DNA of 64,000 nucleotides from an uncultured Ectothiorhodospiraceae bacterium. GTDB taxonomy: Bacteria > Pseudomonadota > Gammaproteobacteria > UBA9214. Position 1 is the stretch's first letter; every line of letters begins with the position of its first letter. Shown here piece after piece: positions 40,081 to 50,302 of this stretch. Location of the stretch: positions 218 to 64,217 of the forward strand of contig CAYUFA010000009.1 in assembly GCA_964443845.1 (NCBI GenBank), given 5' to 3'. The translations under genes and the position numbers were made by a program. The notes beneath the pieces were generated by a model. The model made no database searches and was not told the origin of the DNA. It worked only from the letters and a program-made list of their open reading frames with translations.

Positions 40081-40363
40081 AGCACGCGTGGCCGCGGTTG
40101 TACGGGCGTATGCAGGGACGGATTGTGGAAGTACCGGCGCATGCTCCACGCAAGCGTGGTCACCGCCCCGGCGTTTGCCCTGAATGGTACTCTGGAGGTC
40201 TGCCATACCACCTGCAATGACACAGATCAACGCGTGACATCGTCGTACCCGGCTGGGCTATAGTTGGCAGGGCTGGCGGCTGCACCGCGCGGCCGAATGA
40301 ATTCGAACACGCCGTGGACCAGGGCAGCAACCGGGCCGTCCCGGATCAGCACGAGGATACAGG

Positions 40364-41329
40364 ATGACGACATCGCTCAAGCCGTCGCAGGTTCCGCAAC
40401 CCCCACACCCGGAACACCGCCGCGAACCCCTGCCGGAGGCCCGGCCCAAGCCCGGCGAGGAAGATCCGCACGCCCCCGAGGCCATCCGGGCCCTGCTGGA
40501 ATCTCCCGCCTACCGGCGCGCCGACCAGGATACCGGTTTCCTGGAGCGTGACGAGGCGCGCGGCCTGCGTCTGAACCTTGAGTACATGAAGCCGGACCTG
40601 CTGCTGAAGGAGAATGGCGTCAAACACACCATCGTGGTGTTCGGCAGCACCCGGATCACCGAGCCGGCGGCCGCGCGGCGCCAGGTGGACCGGCTGACGG
40701 CCGCGCTTGCGCAGGCGCCGGGTGATGCCGCCCTGCAGCGCAGGCTGCAGATCGCCCGGCGTGTCCTCGACAACAGCCGTTTCTATACCGAGGCACGTGA
40801 GTTCGGACGCATGGTGGCCGCACACGATCACGGTCCGGACAAGGGTCGCCTCGTGATCATGACCGGTGGCGGGCCGGGCATCATGGAGGCCGCCAACCGC
40901 GGTGCCTTCGAACACGGCGACATCACCGTCGGGCTGAATATCGACCTGCCGCACGAGCAGTTTCCGAATCCCTACCTGACCCGGGGCCTGTGTTTCCGCT
41001 TTCGCTATTTCGCGCTGCGCAAGCTGCATTTCATGCAGCGTGCCCGTGCGCTGGTCGCCTTCCCGGGCGGCTACGGCACGCTCGACGAACTGTTCGAGGC
41101 GCTGACGCTGATCCAGACCCGCACCATCAAGCCCCTGCCGGTGGTGCTGGTCGGGCGCGCATACTGGGAACGGCTCATCGACTTCGAGTTCCTGATGGAG
41201 CAGGGCACGATCGATGGCGAGGACCGCGAAATCTTCTGGTACGCGGATACGGCGCAGGAGGCCTGGCAGGGGATCCTCGACTGGTATGAGCAGAGTGCCG
41301 TACCGCTGTTCGACGGAGGAGGAGTGTGA
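40364..41329 (+). CDS. LOG family nucleotide 5'-monophosphate nucleosidase-like protein (PpnN/YgdH-like with N-terminal extension)
   Basis: GGGPGIMEAANRGA and PGGYGTLDE LOG motifs, with a 90-aa N-terminal extension. Confidence 0.8.
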   Translation: MTTSLKPSQVPQPPHPEHRREPLPEARPKPGEEDPHAPEAIRALLESPAYRRADQDTGFLERDEARGLRLNLEYMKPDLLLKENGVKHTIVVFGSTRITEPAAARRQVDRLTAALAQAPGDAALQRRLQIARRVLDNSRFYTEAREFGRMVAAHDHGPDKGRLVIMTGGGPGIMEAANRGAFEHGDITVGLNIDLPHEQFPNPYLTRGLCFRFRYFALRKLHFMQRARALVAFPGGYGTLDELFEALTLIQTRTIKPLPVVLVGRAYWERLIDFEFLMEQGTIDGEDREIFWYADTAQEAWQGILDWYEQSAVPLFDGGGV

Positions 41330-42720
41330 TGCGGATTTCCTTTCACGGCGCCGCGCAGGGCGTGACCGGTTCCTGTTACCTGGTGGAGTGTGCCGGCCGG
41401 CGCATCCTGGTGGATTGCGGCTTCTACCAGGGCGGCCGGGCCATGGAGGAGGAGAATGCCGACGACTTCGGCTTCGACCCGGCCGCCGTCGATACCCTGC
41501 TGCTGACCCATGCCCATCTCGATCATTGCGGACGCATCCCGCTGCTGGTCAAACGCGGCTTCACCGGCGAGATCATTACCACCGCGGCCAGCCGCGAGCT
41601 GGCCCGCCTGGTGATGATGGACGCGGCGGGGCTGCAGGAGGAAGAGGCGCGTTATCGCAACCGGCGCGCCCGGCGCCGCGGCAGGAACAGCCAGGAGTCG
41701 GTGCCGCTGTACACGACTCTGGATGCGCTCAACGCCATGGACAATTTCGGCCGGCCGGCGCAATTTCACCAGCCACTGGAACTGGCGCCCGGCATCCGCG
41801 TCACCTTTCTCGGCGCCGGGCACATCCTCGGTTCGGCCAGCCTGCTGCTGGAGCTGTCGGAGCGCGGACACGAGCGGCGCCTGCTGTTCTCCGGCGACCT
41901 GGGTCCGAGCAGCCGGGTGATCCTGCGTGACCCGGACCCGCCACCCGAGGTCGACGTGGTCGTCATGGAGACCACCTACGGCGACCGCGAACACAAGGCG
42001 CTGCAGCCTTCCGTGAAGGAAATGTTCGAGGCGATCCGGACCACGACACAGCGCGGCGGCAACGTGGTGATCCCGACCTTCGCCCTCGAGCGCGCGCAGG
42101 AACTGCTGTACTACCTGCGCGAGGGCAAGGAGAACGGGGAACTGCCGGAGTTTCTGCAGGTGTTCCTGGACTCGCCGATGGCGATCTCGGCCACGGAAAT
42201 CTTCCGCCGCCATCCGGAATGCTACGACGCGGAGGCCGCGGCGCTGTTCCACAGCGGTGCTGGCCCCTTTGACTTTCCTGGTCTGCACTTCACGCGCGAC
42301 ACGGCGGATTCCATGGCCATCAACCAGATCAGCGGCGGCGCGGTCATCATGGCCGGTTCCGGCATGTGCACCGGCGGCCGCGTGGTGCATCACCTGAAGC
42401 ACAACATCGCCCGCGCGCAGAACAGCGTGGTATTCGTCGGCTACGCCGCCAACGGCACCCTGGCACGGCGCATCGTCGACGGTGCGGAGACGGTCCGCAT
42501 CTACGGCGAGGATTACGCGGTGAAGGCGCAGGTGCATACCATCGGTGGCTTTTCCGCACACGCCGGCCAGAGCGAACTGCTGGCCTGGCAGCGCCATACG
42601 GACAAGCCGGATATCACCTTCCTGACCCACGGCGAGCCGGACTCCATGCAGGCCTTCGCCAGGCTGCTGAAAAACACGCACGTGGAGATGCCGGCACTGC
42701 ACCAGCACTTCGATCTGTAA
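41329..42720 (+). CDS. MBL-fold metallo-hydrolase with beta-CASP and RNA-specificity domain (RNase J / CPSF-like)
   Basis: THAHLDHCG motif II. beta-CASP motifs A/B/C (D, H, H). Start overlaps the LOG stop (TGATG). Confidence 0.8.
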   Translation: MRISFHGAAQGVTGSCYLVECAGRRILVDCGFYQGGRAMEEENADDFGFDPAAVDTLLLTHAHLDHCGRIPLLVKRGFTGEIITTAASRELARLVMMDAAGLQEEEARYRNRRARRRGRNSQESVPLYTTLDALNAMDNFGRPAQFHQPLELAPGIRVTFLGAGHILGSASLLLELSERGHERRLLFSGDLGPSSRVILRDPDPPPEVDVVVMETTYGDREHKALQPSVKEMFEAIRTTTQRGGNVVIPTFALERAQELLYYLREGKENGELPEFLQVFLDSPMAISATEIFRRHPECYDAEAAALFHSGAGPFDFPGLHFTRDTADSMAINQISGGAVIMAGSGMCTGGRVVHHLKHNIARAQNSVVFVGYAANGTLARRIVDGAETVRIYGEDYAVKAQVHTIGGFSAHAGQSELLAWQRHTDKPDITFLTHGEPDSMQAFARLLKNTHVEMPALHQHFDL

Positions 42721-43255
42721 GCTACACAGCGCGCCCGGCAACGACCGCAGGCCACGGCGGGACGAAGCAATCTCGTGACGCAGCTGCAATGCTCAGGAGA
42801 TCCCTGCGCTGCGCCCGGGACGCCTGCAGCGGATTGCTGCGTCGGTACGTACTCGCTATGGCGCTGGCAGTTCTGCAAAGGATATTGGCCACGGATTGGC
42901 ACGGCAGCCAAATCATCGACCGCAGGGTGCGCCCTGCGGGTATCCGATAACCGCTGATGCGCTGCCTGTGGGCCACGCGTTTCGAGCAGGCAATTGCTGC
43001 ATGCGTCGTTTGCCCGATCCGGCCAGCACTTGCCGTGATCACGGCACGACCCGGAATGCGGGAAATCCCGCTAGTACAAATGTATTAATACAGTCGTGCT
43101 GCCTGCCAGACAGGTTTTCAATTTCCTGCCGATGTTACTGTGCGAGCACAGGCAAGCGGATTCACGCGGCTGCATCCTGTGCACCGCGACCGGTTAATCC
43201 ATCTTTCTGTGGTTCTTCTGAAGTTGATGAAAGCGCACCAGAGCGAGGCTGGACA

Positions 43256-43858
43256 TTGAAGACCAATTATTTGCTGATCGATTACGAAAATGTGCAGCCA
43301 AAGAGCTTGTCGGCATTGAACGGCCATCCGTTCAGGGTTGTCGTGTTCCTGGGCGCAAACCAGACGAAGGTGCCGCTCGATTTTGCGCGGGCGCTCCAGG
43401 CGCTGGGTGCGAACGCGGAATATGTCCAGATATCCGGCAGGGGACCAAACGCCGTCGATTTTCATATCGCCTTTACCATTGGCGAACTTTCCAAAGCGGA
43501 CCCGAATGCGTACTTTCACATCATTTCCGGGGATACCGGCTTCGATCCTCTGGTCGCGTATCTGAGGACGAAAGGAATCCCGGCGCAGCGGTCTGAAGCA
43601 GTCGCAGACGTACCAGGCCTCAGGGCGTCAAATGCCACGCCTCAGGAGGCGAAAGCTCAAGCCATCGTGCGCAACCTGGTCTCAAGAGGGAGTGGCAGGC
43701 CACGCAAGGTCAGGACGCTGTCCAACACGATCAATGCTATTTTCCAGAAATCGCTGGCGCCGAGCGAGTTGGCGAGCCTGGTCAGGGAGCTGGAGCGGCT
43801 TGGGCACATTTCGATAGAAGGCGAACATGTCAGTTATCGCTTTCAGGACATGCCCTGA
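43256..43858 (+). CDS. NYN-domain (PIN-like) putative ribonuclease
   Basis: LLIDYENV and IISGDTGFDPLV acidic motifs of the NYN/LabA fold. TTG start with GAGG RBS. Lies in a lower-GC islet. Confidence 0.5.
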   Translation: MKTNYLLIDYENVQPKSLSALNGHPFRVVVFLGANQTKVPLDFARALQALGANAEYVQISGRGPNAVDFHIAFTIGELSKADPNAYFHIISGDTGFDPLVAYLRTKGIPAQRSEAVADVPGLRASNATPQEAKAQAIVRNLVSRGSGRPRKVRTLSNTINAIFQKSLAPSELASLVRELERLGHISIEGEHVSYRFQDMP

Positions 43859-43939
43859 CCACTGCTGTCCCGTATAAATCCGTTGAACGATCAGCAAATC
43901 CTTCACTATGCACAGCCTTGCAGGTGATTAGCCAGGCCA

Positions 43940-44012
43940 TGAAATTCAGCACCGGCTGTACAAACCTTGCGTCCCTTCTCCCGGAGGGAGAGGGATTTGT
44001 GGGACAGCAGTG
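43940..44012 (+). repeat. 74-bp hairpin-containing intergenic repeat, copy A
   Basis: About 95% identical to 51072..51145. Contains TGTACA and a CCCTTCTCCC-GGA-GGGAGAGGG stem-loop. Confidence 0.8.
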
Positions 44013-44301
44013 TGCCCTGGCCAAAAAATGGATTGCCGGCAGACATCGATTGATCTGTTGCGTACAACCTGCCGGTGGGGCATCTTCCGTTTGCCCGGAT
44101 CGTCCTGCGAGCACGGCGAATCGAACGGTCCCGGCACCGTCACGCCGGGTGACATGGCGGGTTCTGCGGGTTTCCACCCGCACGACATGCCTGTAGTCTG
44201 TGCAATCGACTCGCCACTGGAGAAGGTGGGAATGTTATGCGAATTGTCGCTCACGAGTACGCATTCTATCGGTTCACCTGCAGATAGTCCGGTGTAAGAA
44301 T

Positions 44302-44913
44302 ATGGGAGAATACGCCAAATCAGTGGCACTGTTGCTGGTGCTCCTCAATCCCTTTCTGCTTGTCATCTATCTGACCGATATCGTTCAGAAGCTGGACCAG
44401 AGAACGTTCAATCGAGTCCTGGCGCGGGCCAGTGGTATTTCCATTGTTGCATTCTGTTGCTTTGCAATTCTCGGCGATGCCGTGTTCGTCCGTTTCATGC
44501 AGGTGGAGTTTGCATCGTTCCAGATATTCGGCGGAATTGTATTCCTGTTGATCGGGATCCAGTTTGTGTTCCGCGGGCCGGCCACGATTGAAATTCTGCG
44601 GGGAGAATCCAGACATATCGCAGGTGCCATAGCGATGCCCGTATTCATCGGTCCCGGCACGATCAGTGCCTGCATCGTCATCGGTAAAAGGCACGATCCA
44701 CTGACTGCATGTGCTCTGGTAACGATCGCGGTGCTGGTCTGCGCCGTCACGCTGGTTTTCCTGAAGGCACTTCACGACAGGGTAATCCCGCACCGGGAAG
44801 CCATCGTACAGAGATATATCGAGATTGCGGGAAGGGTTACGGCACTGGTCGTGGGTACGATCGCAATCGATATGGTGATGCGGGGTATTGGAACCTGGCT
44901 GACCAAGTACTAG
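44302..44913 (+). CDS. MarC family (UPF0056) integral membrane protein
   Basis: Six-TM protein with NPF/GPG patterns of the MarC family. Start at MGEYAKS. Confidence 0.7.
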   Translation: MGEYAKSVALLLVLLNPFLLVIYLTDIVQKLDQRTFNRVLARASGISIVAFCCFAILGDAVFVRFMQVEFASFQIFGGIVFLLIGIQFVFRGPATIEILRGESRHIAGAIAMPVFIGPGTISACIVIGKRHDPLTACALVTIAVLVCAVTLVFLKALHDRVIPHREAIVQRYIEIAGRVTALVVGTIAIDMVMRGIGTWLTKY

Positions 44914-45062
44914 CACCTGCCTCCCTGACATGCCGGATTGCGAGGAATTCATTTCCCGGCGCTGCAGTTGATGCATTCTGCGACAGGCTCCCGGCATTCC
45001 GCAGTTCTTCACTCTTGCAACGCTGACCTTGTCCTTGCGCCGGGAGTGTTCCTGGCTCGCCG

Positions 45063-45815
45063 CTATCCGCCGATCTTGCGGATGATCGACATGGCCGTGT
45101 CGTGCATCAGTTTGGAGATGTTCGAGAGCATCTGCAGCATCTGCTGCTGTTTCTGGACCTGGCTCTGCAGGTCCAGTTCGGCCAGGTTCGCGTCATACCC
45201 GGTTGTCCTGAGCTGTGACTCGAGGTGATGGATGTTCGCGTCGCCGGCCGCTATCGATGGCGGCGGATGTGGCGGGGTGAGGTGCGTGGCCGGCGACGGT
45301 GATACTTCCTGCGACTGCTCCGGGGCAGGGGTGCCGGCGCGTTGTCGCCGCGCCTGCTTCAGCTGCGCGCGCAGTTTTTTCTTCATCTCGTTGAAATGTT
45401 TCACCCTGCCGGCGTAGGACTTGAGGGCCTTGCTGGTTTCGAGATAGGAATCCCGGATCACCTGCTGCACCAGGGCGTCGATGTCGACCTGCCCTCCGCT
45501 ATCCGACCCGAGCTGGCGGATGAGCCGTGTCCAGCGGTGCTGGATTGTGGCATAGGACGGACTGCGTGCCAGCAAGTGGCTCATGGAGGCCAGTTCCGCC
45601 CGTTGTTGCGGCTTCAAGGCGCGCTTCAGGTAACCTTCCTGGGCGGGGGTGACGACCGGGGCCTGCAGGGACCCCTTACGGGCCGGCAGCGATTCTGCCG
45701 CGAACACGGGTGAACCCCCGGGAAGGAACCAGGCACCGGCCGGATCGCTGTTGCCGGGGTAACCGCCGGCGCTGGCGATAACAGCGGCCAGCGGCAATAT
45801 CTTGTATCTATGCAC
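45063..45815 (-). CDS. hypothetical periplasmic protein with Q-rich coiled-coil C-terminus
   Basis: Signal peptide MHRYKILPLAAVIASAGG. Pro-rich linker then KKKLRAQLKQARRQR. Confidence 0.4.
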   Translation of the reverse strand: MHRYKILPLAAVIASAGGYPGNSDPAGAWFLPGGSPVFAAESLPARKGSLQAPVVTPAQEGYLKRALKPQQRAELASMSHLLARSPSYATIQHRWTRLIRQLGSDSGGQVDIDALVQQVIRDSYLETSKALKSYAGRVKHFNEMKKKLRAQLKQARRQRAGTPAPEQSQEVSPSPATHLTPPHPPPSIAAGDANIHHLESQLRTTGYDANLAELDLQSQVQKQQQMLQMLSNISKLMHDTAMSIIRKIGG

Positions 45816-46389
45816 CTGATCCTCCAGCGTATTTGTTCAGTGGCAACCGGTGCGGGGGCCGCGGCCAGGTTGCCTGCACCCGGACCGGTCCTGCCTTGCT
45901 CCCAGGGCGGAGATGGTTTGTTGTGTACTGCGGAACCGTCCGCGCGTGGCACGGTGCGCCCGGTGTAACCCCGCACTGCGTACCGCCTGAAGCGGCGGTA
46001 CCGGCAGGCATGCCCCGTAGTTGCCCTTTGACGTGCCTGAGCCGCGTTCCTGCTGGTTTACATCCGCCGGGTTGTAGTCCCGCACTGTCCGACCGGCTGG
46101 CTACGAGCCCATCCGCCCGATGGCGCAACTCACGAAGGATTCTGCCTTCGCCTGTGCGGCCTGGATGCCTGCCGGCGAGCCCTGCTCCGGGTAGCCGGTG
46201 GCCAGCAGGGTTTCCACCAGCCGTGCGCGTCCATCGTCCGGCGCCGTCAGGGTGATGCGGCCGTTTTCGGTGTCGACCTGCACGTCGGAAACGGCCTCGA
46301 TGGCGGCCAGTGTACCCAACGGGACTGACCGGCGGCAAACCCCCCACCCTGGGAAATGGCTTGTTTCATCAAACGGTCATGGTCCTGTC

Positions 46390-46737
46390 ATGCGGATGCA
46401 ATGCGCCCCGGGCAAGGTGGCGGCACTGCTACCGAAGGGAGGTACCGCCATGTTGAGCTACATCCTGCAAAAGGCGCAGCAGTTCGAACGGGACTTCGGC
46501 GTTGCGCCCACCGTCGTCTACATCAACCCGCGGCACTACGCCGCCCTGTACCGGGAAAACCCGCACCTCTTCGCACCCGATCTGGACATCCGCCTGGGCT
46601 TCCGGCTGGCCATCGTGCCTGCTTCCGCGCTGAGCCATCCGGAGGCGGCGCTGGTCACGCATCCGGACGGCACGGGCGGGCGTGACCGGCAGGCGGATGC
46701 CCGGGCGCCGGTTGCGGACACGCGCAACGTGGCCTGA
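46390..46737 (+). CDS. hypothetical small protein
   Basis: High GC3 frame. Alternative start at 46450. No family recognised. Confidence 0.3.
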   Translation: MRMQCAPGKVAALLPKGGTAMLSYILQKAQQFERDFGVAPTVVYINPRHYAALYRENPHLFAPDLDIRLGFRLAIVPASALSHPEAALVTHPDGTGGRDRQADARAPVADTRNVA

Positions 46738-46756
46738 TGTCGTGTGGATGGCCCGG

Positions 46757-47950
46757 TTACCCGGGCTGGCCGTCCACGCGGGGCCGGGCCAGTATGGGCA
46801 GGAAGCGGACCAGGAACAGGGCGAAGGCCAGCAGCCACAACAGCTGGGCCAGGCCCACCCAGTCCCGGTACCAGGCCGGTGCCAGCAGTGGCAGCAGCAC
46901 ACGCACCGCAGTAGCGGCCAGCAGCAGGGTGAAGGCCACGAACAACACCGCCGGTGGTTCAGCCACGTCGCGGCCGGTATGTCCCAGCGAGACGCGGGCC
47001 ATCATGCCGAGCGTGATCATGCCGATGCCACCCACGGCGAAGGCATGCAGCGACAGCAGCGGTGACACGCCCAGGGCCACCGCCGCCTTCAGGGCAAAGC
47101 CGGCGACGATCCAGCCATAGCCCAGGTACAGCACCCATAGCAGCGGCCGGGTCCAGATTCCCGGGGTGTACCAGCCGGCCAGCTTCACGCTGTGCACCAG
47201 GGTCAATGCCAGCGCCAGCACGAACACGGGCGCGGTATCCGGCCGCGCCAGGTCGGCCAGCCAGAAGGCCAGGAACAGGGCCAGTCCCGTGCCATCGAGC
47301 CAGGGGCGGCTGGCCAGGCGGACGGCGAAGCCGACGCCGCGCTCGATGAAAAAGGGAAATACCCGGCTGGCCATGACGAGGATGAGCGCGATCACCAGAT
47401 ATACGCCCGAGTACAGCCCGAGCCGCACGCCATCCGCCACCAGCCCCTGCAGGCCGGCGTAGAACACGAGGTTGCTGGCCAGCAGCAGGACCAGTTTCGA
47501 CAGGATACCGAGCTGTTTCCACTGCCGGGCCCGGAGGACCGGCACCAGCAGGCTGACGATCAGTCCGAGTTCGAACGCGCCGTCGAACAGCACCTGCAGG
47601 GGCAGGGTGCCCGGCGCATCGAAAAAGAACAGTACACGCGCCGCCAGCCAGGCCAGCGCCAGCAGGAGCAGCGGATAGCCCCGCAGCGTCTGGATACCGG
47701 TCCAGTTGCGTACGGCCGTCAGCAGGAAGCCGGCGATGACGGCCATGCCGTAGCCGAAGATCATTTCATGCGCATGCCAGATGACGGGGGTGAGTGACGG
47801 CGATGCGGGATGCCAGCCCGCCTGGTACATCGCGGTCCACGCCAGCATCGCGAGCAGCGAGTACCCGGCCGCGGCGCTGAAAAACAGGCGGAAGCCCAGG
47901 TTCAGGATCGCCGGGTACCCGGCTGGCACCGCGGTGTCGGAAGCCGGCAC
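46757..47950 (-). CDS. nnrS: NnrS family heme-copper membrane protein (NO-stress response)
   Basis: 12-TM protein with NnrS conserved His pattern. Start is 3 nt after the tauD-like stop. Confidence 0.85.
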   Translation of the reverse strand: MPASDTAVPAGYPAILNLGFRLFFSAAAGYSLLAMLAWTAMYQAGWHPASPSLTPVIWHAHEMIFGYGMAVIAGFLLTAVRNWTGIQTLRGYPLLLLALAWLAARVLFFFDAPGTLPLQVLFDGAFELGLIVSLLVPVLRARQWKQLGILSKLVLLLASNLVFYAGLQGLVADGVRLGLYSGVYLVIALILVMASRVFPFFIERGVGFAVRLASRPWLDGTGLALFLAFWLADLARPDTAPVFVLALALTLVHSVKLAGWYTPGIWTRPLLWVLYLGYGWIVAGFALKAAVALGVSPLLSLHAFAVGGIGMITLGMMARVSLGHTGRDVAEPPAVLFVAFTLLLAATAVRVLLPLLAPAWYRDWVGLAQLLWLLAFALFLVRFLPILARPRVDGQPG

Positions 47951-47953
47951 GGT

Positions 47954-48886
47954 TCAGCTGCGGGCCACGCGCTGGTAGTAGCGCAAGCGGAAGAGCTGGC
48001 GCTTGCAGTGGTCGCTGTCGGTGAACCCGCTGCGGTCATGCAGGACGTTGTTGCAGATGAGTCCCTGGCCGGCCTGCAGGGTGGCGCGGAAGATGTAGGG
48101 GGAGTCCGACTGCAGCAGGGCATCCAGCGCGTCCAGCGCGGCGCGCACCAGCGGATCGGGCGCCCACTCGATGCTGCGGGTGCGCGCGGTATAGCGCATG
48201 TGCAGCTGTCCGTCGTCGCGGATCGAAAACACCGGCCCGGTCCGTGCCGGGCGCAGCTCCGTGTCTCCCGACTGGTTGGGGGGGATGGTCATGACGTCAG
48301 GCCGCATCAGCACGCGGATGAAATCCGGGTTGCTATCGCGCAGGTGCAGGTAGGCGATCTCGTGGTCGAGCAGGGCGTTGGCGCCACCGGTGGCTGCCGG
48401 GGAGGCACAGTGCAGCTGCAGTCCGTGAATCTGGCGCTCCGGCTCGTTGTAGTAGCCGTCGGTATGCCAGTGAATCGGACGATTGGTATACGGGATGTAG
48501 TCCGCCCGCCACTCCCCGTCCGCGACCTGCAGGGTCGAGATGCCATCGTCGTCTGCGCCCCGGTTGCGGTCCAGTGTGGTGAGGCCGCATTGCCGGCCCA
48601 GCACGGCCGGCAGCTGCCGGTCGCTGCCCGTATCGGCCTTGCAGTTATAGAGCGCCATGTTGGTGCGCCGGCAACGGTAGAGAATGGCGTCGTGCTCGAC
48701 CCGGGACAGCCGTGCCGGGTTCTTCACCTCGACCATCAGCTCGCCGATTCCGGCCGGGTAGCCGTTCAGCTTGTGCTCACGCCAGGTTGCATAGGCCTCC
48801 CGGTTGTCCGGGTCGAAGGGACTGCCCGCGTGCCGGCGGGGCGGGCTGGATCGGGTGGCAGGCTGGCAGGCGGGTTGAACGTGCAT
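47954..48886 (-). CDS. TauD/TfdA-family Fe(II)/2-oxoglutarate dioxygenase-like protein
   Basis: IHWHTDGYY HxD motif. Probable real start at MVEVKN (48736) by comparison with TauD N-terminal length. Confidence 0.55.
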   Translation of the reverse strand: MHVQPACQPATRSSPPRRHAGSPFDPDNREAYATWREHKLNGYPAGIGELMVEVKNPARLSRVEHDAILYRCRRTNMALYNCKADTGSDRQLPAVLGRQCGLTTLDRNRGADDDGISTLQVADGEWRADYIPYTNRPIHWHTDGYYNEPERQIHGLQLHCASPAATGGANALLDHEIAYLHLRDSNPDFIRVLMRPDVMTIPPNQSGDTELRPARTGPVFSIRDDGQLHMRYTARTRSIEWAPDPLVRAALDALDALLQSDSPYIFRATLQAGQGLICNNVLHDRSGFTDSDHCKRQLFRLRYYQRVARS

Positions 48887-48910
48887 GGTCCCGTTATAGG
48901 GTGCGGTTCC

Positions 48911-48924
48911 GGGGGGTGTCCTTG
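48911..48924. promoter_or_regulatory. FNR/DNR-type box TTGATCCAGGTCAA upstream of tauD-like/nnrS unit
   Basis: TTGAT-N4-GTCAA in the ubiH-like/tauD-like intergenic region. Confidence 0.5.
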
Positions 48925-49069
48925 ATCCAGGTCAACGCCGCCGGATCCCCGGCGACTTGCCGTGCCCGGGAAAGACGCCGGAACCGGCAAGGAATTCAGG
49001 TGGTTAGTGCGTCTTTCCTGCCATGCCCGGCACTCTGCCGGGACTCCGCCGCTGACGGCCGGTCGGCGG

Positions 49070-50302
49070 CTAGCGCAGGAACGGCAGGCGCAGGAAGAGG
49101 TTATTCGCGGCGTGCCGCTCGATGAGCTGGTTGGCGATCATGCGCTTGATTGGTGGGCAGTGGTTACCGAAGCGCAGCGCCAGTTTTCGCAACACCTTTG
49201 CCGGCGCCCGGTCATCCGTGAACAGGCCGACGATGTGGTTCGTTCCGGCATAGAGCGGCCGGGTCACGCGGCGCTGGGTCGACTGGTAGCGCTCCAGCAC
49301 GGCGGGTGCCCCGATATCGCCCCGCACGGCCCGGGCCCGGCGGATTTCCGCGGCCAGCGTGGCCTGGCCGCGCAAGCCCAGGTTGAAGCCATGCGCGGTG
49401 ACCGGGTGCATGCCGACGGCGGCATCGCCGACCAGGGCGCAGCGCCGGGCCACGAAGCGATTGGCATGCACGGCCACCAGCGGGTAGGCATGGCGCTGGC
49501 CCACCAGCTGCATCTCGCCCAGCCGGTCGTCGAAGCGCTGGCGGATATCGGCCGAAAACGTGTGCTCGTCCTGCGCCAGGATGGCATCCGCCTGGTCCGA
49601 TGACACGGTCACCACGATGGACGCCAGTTGCGGGCGCAGCGGCAGCACGGCCAGCGTCCGTCCGTAGTGGAAACACTCGAAGGCGATACCCCGGTTATCT
49701 CGCTCGTGCTGCATGCGGCAGACGATGGCCGCGCGGCCGAAGTCGTGCATGTCGGCGGAAATGCCCATCCAGCGCCGGGTCTGCGAGAACCGGCTGTCGG
49801 CGGCCACCAGCAGCGCGGCGCGCACGCTGCGTTCCCCGGACAGTTGTACGTGTGCGGCAGCCGCGTCCGTGTGCACGCCGCTCACGGTGGTGTCCGTGCG
49901 GATCTCGGTGCCGGGCAGGGTGAGTGCCTGTTCGATGAGTGCCCGGCGAATGTCATGGTTGGCGACCAGGAAACCCAGTGCGTCCACGCCGAATTTCGCG
50001 TTGTCGAAGTCCAGCACGTACGGGGAGGTGCCGTCCAGCACCTGCGCCTTGCGGATCGGGTGGATCGCCCCGGCCGGGATGCGTTGCCAGACGCCGAGCT
50101 GCTCCAGCAGTTGCCGGGACAGGTGCGTCAATGCGATATCGCGCCCGTCCGCTGCCGGGCAGCGCAGGTCCTCCAGGGAGTGCTGTTCGACGACCAGGGT
50201 GCGCAGGCCGCTGCCGGCCAGGGAGCAGGCGAGGCTGAGACCCGCCGGGCCTGCACCGTTGATGATGATGTCGAACTCGGTGTCTGTCGTTGCGTGGCTC
50301 AT
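49070..50302 (-). CDS. UbiH/UbiF/VisC/COQ6-family FAD-dependent monooxygenase
   Basis: IIINGAGPAGLSLA Rossmann motif, DG and GD(A/S)AH motifs (LVGDAAVGMHPVTAHGFNLG). ATG overlaps the stop of the Crp/Fnr gene. Confidence 0.8.
   Translation of the reverse strand: MSHATTDTEFDIIINGAGPAGLSLACSLAGSGLRTLVVEQHSLEDLRCPAADGRDIALTHLSRQLLEQLGVWQRIPAGAIHPIRKAQVLDGTSPYVLDFDNAKFGVDALGFLVANHDIRRALIEQALTLPGTEIRTDTTVSGVHTDAAAAHVQLSGERSVRAALLVAADSRFSQTRRWMGISADMHDFGRAAIVCRMQHERDNRGIAFECFHYGRTLAVLPLRPQLASIVVTVSSDQADAILAQDEHTFSADIRQRFDDRLGEMQLVGQRHAYPLVAVHANRFVARRCALVGDAAVGMHPVTAHGFNLGLRGQATLAAEIRRARAVRGDIGAPAVLERYQSTQRRVTRPLYAGTNHIVGLFTDDRAPAKVLRKLALRFGNHCPPIKRMIANQLIERHAANNLFLRLPFLR

Noticed and set aside
46101-46319. 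Minus-strand 72-aa ORF resembling the C-terminal two-thirds of an HMA (copper chaperone) domain
   Set aside because: No MxCxxC metal-binding motif is present, even in the upstream in-frame extension. Possibly a remnant, but not supportable.
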